Positions 14,801 through 26,800 of a DNA stretch of 64,000 bases are shown piece after piece. How positions within the stretch are numbered: the stretch's first letter is position 1; each line of letters begins with the position of its first letter. A program made the position numbers and the translations under genes. The notes under the pieces are model-generated. The model made no database searches. It saw nothing but the letters and a program-made list of their open reading frames with translations, and was not told the DNA's origin. The stretch lies in the NCBI GenBank assembly GCA_964234715.1, contig OZ174277.1, one strand, 5' to 3'. The stretch is from Podarcis melisellensis. Taxonomy: Eukaryota.

Positions 14801-17800
14801 AAAGCCGTCCGGGATAGCGGGAAGCGCTTCCCTGCTATCCCGGACCGCTTTTAAAATGCTGGCGGTGGGGAGCAAAGCCTTTCGCCCCCGCCGGCCTTCC
14901 TGGACCTCTTCTGAAGTCCGGAGGGGGGGGGAAGGCTTTGCTCCCCACCGCCAGCATTTAAAAGAGGTCCCCGGAGATTTCCCTATGGGCTTTCGTCTTG
15001 CGAAGCAAGCCCATAGGGAAAATCGTCTAGCGAAGCGTCACAAAAACCGAAAAACCCTTCGTCTTGCGGGTTTTTCGTCTTGCGAGGCATTCGTCTTGCG
15101 GGGCACCACTGTAAATAAGCTGGTGTCAACTCTGCTTCAGAGGGAAGATCATTCCATGAACAGGAATAAGAAGGCCCTATATCATAGCATGATGTACCTC
15201 TTACAGCAACAGAACATCAAAAATGGACTTCTCCAAAGTTCTACTAGCATTTAGCTTGTAAAAACTACATCATCGTCACCCACAACTAGTAATCACACAT
15301 TTTTTCACTTCGAGAATTTTGTCTTTTCAGCTTGTGGGTGCAAATGGAGTTCTGAATGTTGGTGGAAAACTACGTCTCCAACTATACTGCCCTCCTCCAA
15401 GGTCCAGATTGCAACTAAATATTGTGGAAGTTTATGATTGGTGGGCAAAATGTCCCAGAAACCATTACCCCTCAACACTGTATGTAACTATAAAGGGCAT
15501 TAAACTTCCAGAACACGTAAGTTTAAGTTGCTACCAACTTAACTTCAGCAGAGTTCAGTTATGTCTACCAACTAAACTTCAGCAGAGATATATATGTGGG
15601 CGTGAATCTGAGAAAAGTTGTTTTTTTGTTAGCGTTTTATAACAAGCTGTAGAACAGAAACAGTTGGCATGTTCCCTTAAATACTTGAACATTTCACATC
15701 TGGTTCTTCCTGTCCAGTCATCACTGGAACTTTGGCTACTTTTCTGCCAGCCAAGTTCTGAATTTTGTATTTAAAGGGAAGGGAGAGAGATCCATGAAGC
15801 ATTTTCAGCTACCTCTTTCATTCAGTCTGGTGAAAATCTGCTGAAGTGAATAGACTTGCAATAATAGAGATCTGTCAAGGAACCTAAAATATATCTTTGT
15901 TACATTTATTTTATTTTTAAATGTACAATTTTTAAGATGACTCTTTCAAGATTTCAGAAATATTGGTCAGACTTCGTTCCAGTTCTTCTGAAATATAAGT
16001 TCATTTCCATGCTAAATTATGCAGTTCTTTTGGATTGATATGTAGCACTAGTCATATTTAGAGCAGACCCACTGAAAGCAATTGACTTAAGTAACAGAAG
16101 TCCCTTTCAATGGGTCTACGTAATTGGGGTATGGCTTTTTTGGATATCACCCTGATAGTTTACATCTGCCAAAAGAAATTTGTCCTACTACACTTTTAAT
16201 CTATTTGTAGGTAGATCCTTCTTTACGGTCTATGATGGCTGTTCAGCAGGAATATCATTCTCCATCATTCTTGGACCTGCAAAGTGAAGTATCTAAAAAA
16301 GCAAATAGTTCTGGACCACATGTGAAAAAAGAAGAACTACATAAGTGGTCACGATTTCCTGGACAGGCAAGAGTTTTCATACCTTTGTACATAAGGATTG
16401 TTTTTCTAGGGTGCAATCTATAATTGTATAGCAGCACTTTCTTGTTTTCAGGTGTAAGCACAAAACAAATGGTTTAATTCCCCCCCCGCCCCCCGCCCCA
16501 GTGTATGTGAAAAGTCCCAACCACTAATAATTTCCATGTCAACTGTGAAGGTTTTGCCATGTTGCAGTAGAGGCATGCATTAGAATTTAGCAGTGAAGTT
16601 TAGATAGTCAAATTAAGAAAACAGCTTAATAAAAAGCATGAAAATTAGTGTGTTAGCACTATTATCAGTGCCTCCCCAGATTTCTTTGGACCTGTTCAGG
16701 CAGTACTTTTGTCCACAGGATTCCTTTTCTTTTAATTGTTTATTTTTAATTGAATGGGTATATATCTTTAAAAAGCAAAACAACCAAGCCAACAATTACA
16801 TACCAGAATTCTATTTAGCTGGTTGAATGGGAGAAAAAGCTTGTTCCTCAAGCTCATGCATTTCTTCCCCTGCTTCCCTCACTTTAGAGAGAAAGTGACG
16901 CGTGCTTTCAGAATTTGCCATGCTGATTGCAAGATCTACCTTACAGAGTCATGGAGATCCTACATTTAAGCATAGGTTCTCTTATGGCAAAACGGTCTGT
17001 TACCTTATTCATGTTTTTAAAAGAAGCATACTTAAATTGACCACTTTTATTTTGACGGAAAAGCAGACCTGAGGCTCTAATACAGAATGTTCTGTATACC
17101 AGAACAGGGGTCTTGCACCAGTTTCTCATTGATTACTCCATCTCTACCCCACTAGGGTTAAGCAAGTAACTGGCTCAGAGCCCAGATCAGCACCCCATTC
17201 TCCCATGCTGGTGAACACACATCTGCCACCGTTCCATTTTTCCTATGTTAACAGCGCGTATTTTTTTAACAAAAGTTTGCTGTAACAGTCTATCACTGAT
17301 ACCTTCCTGGAAATAGTTACAATTAGTTGATGATGAAAATACCACTGTGGAAATAACGCCTTGCTTTGGAAATGCAGGTTTGCCGTATACCAAATAAGCA
17401 TCTGTTTTCCCTACGAGCGGGAGATATGGGATGTTTCTGTATTCGCTTTTCCGAAGACGGACGAACCTTAGCAGCCGGTTGTGCAGGAAGAGATGCTTAT
17501 CCTATTATTTGTAAGTCGCAGCCTTATGGCGTGTTTCACTTTTAATACAGAGCCTCAAAATAATCAGTGTTTTTGTCTCCTAGTTTCATGTTTTTGAAAA
17601 GATTACCCTAAGACACAAGTGTTACAGTACTTTTGCTGCATCCTCTCACAGGCAGAAGAAATTGGTCAGTGGGACAGCTGAGGAAGGCGGTCTTCAGTTT
17701 AAGACTGGCAGAGGGGGCTCTCTTGGTAATTCCACAGTCCTGAGGTAGCCTAGGAGAGGGCATTCTTTGTGACAGCCCCTAACTTATGGAATTCCTTCCC

Positions 17801-20800
17801 CACATTGTTTCATTTGGAAGGCAGCTATGCTAACCACTATACCACCAACGCCACATTGATTCATTTGGCACCTTCGTTATGTAGCTGTGTCAGATGCTGA
17901 AGACACACCTCTTTACCCTGGCCTTTGACACATGAGAAATATATTTTACAATCCATCCTGTTCTTGTGGCTGTAATTTATTTAAAACTGTATTTAATTTG
18001 TTAAAAAAATTCTTTAATATTGTATTGTTTATTTATTTAGTCATTTTAAAATACAACATTTTATAAATAAATAAAAATAAATAACCTGCCCTGGACCTTA
18101 TGGTGAAGGGTGGGGTAAGAAATCAAATAAATAATAATCATAATAAAAAATGCAACAACAACAATAACAACTGATATAACAAGCAGTTAAGTTTGAACCA
18201 CTTGTCAAGCCTCCTTGGGCTCCATGATTGAAGAAATGATGATTATGATTATATCTAGCCCATACTGCCAAAGGAGCTCTGGGCAACAAAGAAAAGATGG
18301 GATATAAATATGGAGGGGGGAGAGAGAAACGTATAGATATTAGGTACTCTGAGATGGTTCCAGAAGGGTTTTAGAAAGAAGTAAGTGTTGAGGTATTTGA
18401 ACGATGAACGTGAGGGAGCACGGCTCGAAAAAAGCAGCAAACTGCTACAAGTAAAAGAAGTGACATAGAAGAAAGTTTGCAGATAAAAATATGTGTAGAA
18501 AATGAATGTGGCTTACAGCAAATGATAGTGTAGCCAGTAATGACTTTTGCAGTATTTGTGGTTTCTCACCAACCTTCCCTATCGATGAACAGTTACGTAG
18601 CAGGAGAAAAGGACACTGAAATAGTATTATTGTTCTTGAATTGGAGTGCTTTATAATGCCATTTTGCGAAAACGCTTTATTTAAAAGTTTACCACACATA
18701 CATAATTCTCATTCAGCCACTAGATGGAAATAGATACTTGCATGCTTATTTTAAATTTAGACTCTTAACATACATCTGAAAATCTGAAAATCAGATGTTG
18801 GTGGAGACCGGATATAACTATCATGTCCAGTAGCTGCCGGTAGCTTATTCTCTCTTCATTCATTTAATTTCCTCTTAAAGCCATCTAATCTGGTGATTAT
18901 TACAACATCCTAGGACAGTGTTCATGTGTTTGTATGAAGTACTTTTTGAAACCAAATAGTTTCCGTTTGGATGCTTCCTTGATGTTCATGATTTCTTAAT
19001 TTTACCTATTCCTAACCCCTTAAAAAGCTTTTTTGTGTTTTCATCAGTATATGAGATTCCTTCTGGGCAAAACCTGGTGGAATTTTATGGACACCTGAAC
19101 ATTGTATATGATCTTTGCTGGTCAAAAGATAACCAGCATCTCCTTACTGCATCCTCAGATGGTACGGCAAGGTTAGTATAAGTGAGTTCATCTTATTTCA
19201 ATGGTAACATAAAGTGAATTAACATATTATATGTCTGCCTCTTTCCCTTCTTTTTCACAGACAGGGTGTGGGAGAATTCCATGACAGAACCACTACATTT
19301 CCACTGCAAGGAGAGTGGAAGTTGTTTTTGTGGGGGTTTTTTGCAACTGTTCCCTACCTTTAGGGCCTGAGTATGTGTAAGGGTGTTCTGGTTATTTAAT
19401 AAATATCATCCTCATAGGATCACTTTTCGGCAAAGGCAATCTCTTGAGGAGAAAATAAAACAAAACCCTCCACTCAACCATATTCTACAGACATCTTTTT
19501 GACTGTATCCTGTTCTCTTTACCCTCACTTCATATAATTTTTTACTTTTTATTGTTTCCCTTTCACTCTTGCACTAAAGAAGAGATGAGGATTTTATTTC
19601 TGTTTAATGCAAAACTCCAGTTACAGCAGTGACACTCTGCTAGGTTATACTGGATAAACTGGCACTTCAAAATGGCATTTGCATGGGGGAAAATACTTAA
19701 GGCATTTAAAGTTAAAACAAAACAAAGCACAAATTACTTCTTAAGATAGAGGACAGCACAAAAAGCAAATGAATGTAATTTGGATTCTTTGTAATAATTC
19801 AGTGAAGAAATTATATCCATTCTAGATATCTGGCTAGCATATGACTTGGTAATTAAATCACATACTGCATTTTCTAAAAGGCATTAAGTTAATAGTTTCC
19901 TAAATATTGTTTCCTTCTAGAATGTGGAAAATTGAAGCCCAGGCTACATCAGCCGTGAGAGTTTTTCCTCATCCTTCCTTTGTCTACACTGCTAAGTACC
20001 ATCCAGTAGCTGAATATATCGTAGTGACAGGATGTTACGACTCTGTGATTAGAGTATGGAATGCAAAAGTGAAGGACATTTATGGGCAGCTTCTACAAGA
20101 GTTTGATGGTCACAAAAGTTTTATCAATACATTGTGCTTTGATGCAGAAGGCAAGTTTTGAATCATTTCACTCTGATAATGCTGTATGCAACAATTTAGC
20201 TCATTCATCTTTATAATAACTCTTGCCAGGTGTGGCGTGACTGTTATCATTCTGTAGATGGAGGCTGAGAGATTGTGGCAGCCTTGTTGACAATAGAACG
20301 TGGCTAAGCAGAGAGGGGAAAGGGGTGTGGCTGATCAGAAGGGCCTGTGCCACCTGCAGAACCTTCTTCCCATTCATGCCCTTTTTTAAAAAAAGACAAG
20401 GTTCCTTTAATCAAAGCACAGCATGAGAAAAGCATACTATGTGCATTGTTTGATGCAAATGGGAGCCAAATGCTCATTAAATAGAAATAAATAAATAAAT
20501 GATTGTGAAAATTCATGTGATTAAACAGAATGTGAGATGACTAGGATGGGGAAAAAATTGATCACATTCAGTGTTGCATATCATATGTGGCATCTGGCCA
20601 GTGATCTCCCATGTCACATGTAATTTTAAATTGGCATAGTTTAAAATTTTGAGCTTCCATTAACATTTTAAATGCTGTATATTTATTACAGTGAGCCACT
20701 TTGAGGCCTACGTGGTGAAAAGTGGGATATCAATTTTTAAATTTTTTAAAAAATGTAATTGGGCCCACGAGATTAGCAGTTGTTCTACAATTTATGGGAC

Positions 20801-23800
20801 CATTGTGTGCACCATGAAAGTTTCCCCGAACATACTGGTGTTTCCCCATGGCAAACTTGTAAACTTTGTACTTGGGTACTGCTTGCAGCTCTCCCACAGC
20901 TTTTCTCACACCTATGTAAGGTGAGAAAAACTTGGTGCTAAAGACTCAGCTCTGCAGACAACTGGGGGACAGGGGAAAACAAGAGTCACAAAAGAAACAG
21001 GAAACAGGCATTTGGAGCAAAAGAAAGAGATGCAAAAGGGAAAAGAGATTTGACTAGAAAATATTTTCTGACTTGCGTTATCTGAATACTGTATGACATT
21101 AAGTAAACAAATTACTATTTTCTAGGATTTCATATGTTTTCTGGAGACAGCACAGGGCTGATCATCATCTGGAATACTTTGGTAAAAGGCAATTCTCAAT
21201 CGCCAATCCAAAACTGGGGTATTGATAAGGTATATAGATATTTTAAAGTAATAAAATAACTTCTGTGCAGGTTGAGGCATTTAAGACATGCAATTTTATG
21301 GAAAGATGCTGGAAACAAGTAGGTTTGTAGCCATATACAGGAAAGCTTAGAGTTTTGTTGCTGTTAGCAGTAGGTAAGTTGTACGTAGACAGGATTCACC
21401 AAACTAGTCCTGCCAGTGGGATTCCCTGCCCTTGCCCCCTCCTCGAGCCCCCTTGAGAAAGGGACTGAAATTTTGAAAATAAAAGTGGTGCAGTCACTTA
21501 GAATAGAGCAACTTCCCTATGAGAAAATATTACATCATTTGGAGCCTTTTAGCTCAGAGGAAAGGCAGTTAAGGAGAAATAGGATGGAGGTGTGTAAGAT
21601 TATGTACAGTGCAGAGAAAGTGGATGGAGTTTTTCTGCCTCTGGTATAATTCTAGAACCCGGGGACATCCACTGAAACTGCATTTTGAAAGATTCAGTAC
21701 AGACAAAAGAGCGTACTCCATTCAGCACATAGTTAAACTATGGAATTTGCTGGCACAGAATGCAGTTATGGTAATCAACTTGGATGAGTTTAAAGAAGAA
21801 TTAGACCAGTTTATGGGGGATAGGACTATTAGTGGCTATTATGCTCCACCTCCACATTCAGAGGTATGCCTCTAAATACCAGTTGCTGGGAATCAAAAGT
21901 AGAGACAGCATGTTGAGCTCAGGTACTGCTTGTGTGCTTCCTATTGTCATCTGGTTGGGTACTTTAAGAACATAATTCTGGACTATATGAGTCCTAGTCC
22001 AACAATGCTCTTTTGTGTTGAGATTCTTCTCCATAAGAAGTAGTGTTGGCTGCCAATTTAAATTATTTTCAAGGGGGATTAGACAAACTCATGGATGATA
22101 AGGTTGCTAGCAATGATAACTCTGTAGTTACTATAGGAGCATAGACACTATGCCTCTGAATAGCCTTTGCTCAGAATCAACCATGGGAAATGGACTTTGC
22201 AGAGGTATCTGATCTCCACAATGGGTTGCTAGACTAGATAGGCCTTTGCTTTGTCCTGGGAGGGGGCTTCTGAGTATACTGTATTGCAGCCATGTTTTTT
22301 AGCTCTGTCGGTGGTGTTTTTTGTAGGAGATAAATGATGATGATTTTAAAGGGACTGCAATCAATCATTTAGAGGTACATCCAAATGGAAGGCGTTTATT
22401 GATCCATACTAAAGACAGTACTGTGAGAATTATGGATCTCCGAATGTAAGTATCTAAAAGTGACTTACTTTGTTTTAAAGCGTTAAAATGATATTTGGGT
22501 ATAATCTGTTCTCTTTTCTTTCCACACACTTAAAAATAACCTAAATTGACCTGTTATTTCCAGGGATAGTAGGAGGACCTTAGACCTCCAAAAAGTTATT
22601 CCTTCCGGGGGCCACAAAGCAGTATGAATCTAAAAGGGAGAAAAGGGCTCCTGAATTAATTCTGCATTGTGAGTGGGCTAGGTAGGGTTTTCCCTGGATC
22701 CTACTCATATGTGGGGCCTGAGCCCAAGTATTTTTAATTTTCAATCATTAGCAGTCTTTCCTTTGTGCATTTTAGTTAGTAGGTGGGAGATTGGAAGTAG
22801 GAAAGTATCACTAAAAGAAAATCCTCAGAAAATCCCCTAGAACCTTCTAAAAGTAAGATACCTTCACTGATTCCTCAAGAAGTTCTGCATGCTTGCACAA
22901 GGCCTTATGAATGCCTTGAAAATGTTCTGTTGTACCCTCACAGATAATCCAGCACCTGAGAGTTATTGTAGATACACAGAGGGATTTGGTATTCATGTTA
23001 GAGGAAGATAGGTGCAGAATTACAACCAATGTAAGATTCCTGCCTTATCAGACATAATGCCTATCTCATTCATCATTCTGTCCCTATAGCAGTGCAAGAG
23101 TTGAGAAGCCCTTACTTCAAAATAAATACCTAAACTCAGCTATGGGGGATGATGGTGGGGAGGAGTAACCCTACCAGTAGAGGACCTCATAGAATCATAG
23201 AGTTGGAAGAGACCACAAGGGCCATCGAGTCCAACCCCCTGCCAAGCAGGAAGCACAAAAAAGCCCCTGCCAATCATGGATGCACAAAAAAGCCCTTGTG
23301 CCACTTCCTTTGGAAGCAGAATTCAATTTAGGATGAAGATTCATTTCAGGATGTGGCATTTTTTTCACCTTCAGTTTTGGCTTCAAATGAGACAGTTTGA
23401 ATTCTGACCTGTTGCTATTTCTACTAACTGAGAACTATACCTTATTTCTGTTTGACTGCATATCAGTTAAATTTCAAGGGCTTAATTGGAATTATGATGA
23501 TCAAAAGTCTTGGTACTGAGAGCCTCCTATTCCTTTGGACAATGCATCTAGATTGACTCTGTCTCTATCAAATGACTCTGAGGGAGGGTCATTCTGTGGT
23601 CTGAGGATGTTTGCCTACCACATCCTGGAGCGAAAACTCACAGTAAAGTGAAATTCAGCTTTTATAACATCTTTTTGATTTTTTTTCTAGCCTTGCCACA
23701 AAGAAATATATTGGTGCAACAAATTATCGAGAAAAAATCCGCAGTACTTTAACACCATGTGGAACATTCCTTTTTTCTGGAAGTGAAGATGGTATAGCCT

Positions 23801-26800
23801 ATGTCTGGAATCCAGAAACAGGTATGGACATTCATTATTTTAAGCTGTTAGAAAAGAACTATATATTTTTTTTCATTTACAGGTTAACATATTTTAAATG
23901 AGGCTTTTCATATAACTTTGGCATAGAATCAAAAATGCAGATCTGTTTGCCTTCTATCCATTGCTTCCTGTATGCTGATTTAAGTGACTGATCTTTTTGC
24001 CCCTTTCTACTTAATTTGGAAGAGCTGTTTGTTTGTGTGTGAGAGGGAGTATCTGAGTTAATTCACATACAAAAGGCTTTAGCAATCGCTGCTCTCTTTC
24101 CCTACCCACTGTGCGCCACAGTTTTTTCACCTACATTCTGGTTCTTGGTGATCTATAGTTTACTGCTTTGTCTGAACTGGGCAAACTGATCAACTCAAAC
24201 CATACATAGCCCTCAAATCCAGGGTTTTATTGGGTGTGAATAATCACTGTAGCTTGTATCCAACAATTTCATCCTGTTTGGGCAAGGACTTCTGTTTGTG
24301 CATGAAACTTCTCCACTCATGTGCCCCTCAAATGTGTTTGGGGGGTAGGGGTCACTCAACCCTCCAGATGTTCAATAGTGAATGGTCTTGGGTTAGAAAT
24401 AGTGCTGATTCATACAGACTCTAAGCCACATCTGGCACAACATGAAGCACCTCAGAATGGGGTGTGCTATTTTCTGAAAGAATGAATTGGGTTCCAAACT
24501 GAATTTTGTAGTTGGTGCACAGCGCTAGTTTCAGGTTTTCTTATCTTTCCCACTTTGATTATTTTTCTAACTGATGGTCGTTTATATACCGCTATGGGCT
24601 TTCCTCAATATCCTTTACTGATATAGTTGACACACACACCAACAAATAAAGTTTTTCATTAATGTAGACACAGCATAAAAAACACCATAGCAACAAAATA
24701 GAGCAGCAGATAAGTATTTTGTACCTGTACAAAAGGAAAAGAGGAGAAGCTAAACATGTTATGAGCAGGATATTTGCCTATAATTATCAGATGGCAAGTA
24801 TGAGATCATTCTTTGGTCATTGGACTCATTAAAGTCAAACCAGCTCTACTAATGAAGAAATGCATAGCCATTTGAATAAAGCTCTGCCTAACCGTTTCTT
24901 TTTAATTTTAACTTCTTTTTGTAGGTGATCAGGTAGCCATGTACTCTGATCTTTCCTTCACATCTCCAGTTCGTGATGTTGCCTTCCATCCACATGAGCA
25001 TATGGTATCATTTTGTGCCTTTGGTCAAAACCAGCCTATACTCGTGTACATTTATGATTACAAAGGTAATTTGTGTGTGACTGTATAGGTCTATCTAGCA
25101 TTTCCTAATCTGCAGTGACTGTGACAGGCCATTCTCCCGACTTTGAAGCTAAAGTGGTGGGCAGCTATCATTCCAGCAGCCTTGCAGGGATCTCTGCTCC
25201 CCTCTCCAGTTCCAAAGTGGGGATATTTCTTTCTGTAATATCGGGGTGTGGGGAAAGAGATTGTGATCAGGACTGCAGTGCATATGGAAATTCCCTCTTG
25301 TCAAGCTTCTTAGCTGCATATGAGAGGGAGATTTTTCACCCAGAGAGCAGCTGTGTTAGAGCTAGACCTTCTCTGCTGCACCCCTGAGTCCCCATAATCC
25401 CCCATAATCCCCATTCCTGTGCTTCTAATTAAATAAAAACATGGGCGTAGCTGCACACTACACATTTAGCATAATGTATAGCTTGGACATAGTTAAAGCC
25501 TAATATATTGGCACAAAGCTAATATACTGGCACAAAGAAATTTACTCTTATTGTGCTTAAATGTTATTTGCCAAGACTATGACTGCATCTATGCTTTTGG
25601 AGTGCATTGCCTTGCCAGTTGTTTCAGAAACAGGTTTTCAAAAATCTCGAGGATAGCCCAAATAAATGTAATGCCAGTAAAATATCAAAGCTAGCTTTTA
25701 GCGATGGTGAAAGCCAGAGAAAAGATAAAGGAGGTTATTGTTAGACCTGCCCCAGCATCCCCTAGTGGTAAAGAAAGATTATTGCAATGAAAACGCCAAA
25801 AACGTGCTTTGAGGACAGGAGTTTACCAGCCCAGAATGCTAGGCAAGGGCATGTCTGCATCGCCAAGAATGCTGAGCTTCTCTATCGAAACCTGTACAAC
25901 AAGATAATCTCACTCTTAGGTATATTACAGACATAGGCATTTCAGGGTGCAGGATGGGGTAGCAGTCTCAGTGTCCCCTGAGCTACATCCCTGCATGAAG
26001 AGAAAAGCTTTTTCATTTGTGTTTTTTATGCTCCTGCTACAGCTCAGTTGTTTGCAGTGGAAGGGGGAGGAATTTCTGATGTGGACATGCTCTTATGGAG
26101 CATCTTTTGCAATGCAGGAAAGAAGCCCTCTACCTCAGCTATTTTATAAGACCTTTTTCACAATGATTTTCATTTTTTAAAAAGATTGTAAAGGCAGTGA
26201 ACAGGAGAACAAATGGCTTTGGGCCTTTCGTTATTCAGAGATAAATGGTTTTCTCTGTAGTGCTTCTAAACTCTTTACTCTTTACAGGCAAGATTTTCAG
26301 TTGTCTCCCCCTCTCAAATCACATATAGTAGAGCAAGTTTGTTTCACGTATTTATATGCTGTCTTTCTGCTTTCAGCCTTGAGGCAGTTCAGTGAAGTCA
26401 TATAAAGTACCCAGTCTATGTTGGCCTTCCCAACTTGCTAACGTCCAAGTGTTCTGGACAGAGGTGCCAAGTTGTGCCCAACATTGGGGGGGAGGCGTTG
26501 AGTGTGTGTGACCCCACAGCCCAGCCAGGCCAACTCAGCCTGCCATCCTCTGTCCGCCTGCCACCTTACCTTTATTTGCTGCCACTGCTGTGAGGCTGAG
26601 GTCAACTCTTTCCCCTCCATGAGGCCTGCTTTGGCGTGTTTCTTTGGATTGCCAGGGTGCCTTCCCAAAAGAAAAAAAGCTTCTAGGGTCCAGCCAGTTA
26701 GTATCCTCTCAAACCTGATAGTATCTTTCTTGATGTGTGGTATACATACTATCCAGGCATAGGGAATTAATTATGACTACAGTGGTACCTCGAGTTAAGA

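Noticed and set aside
14541-15254. Longest ORF in the track (237 aa)
   Set aside because: Runs through a GC-rich palindromic MITE; repetitive translation with no transposase DDE/D or HTH motifs; chance ORF.
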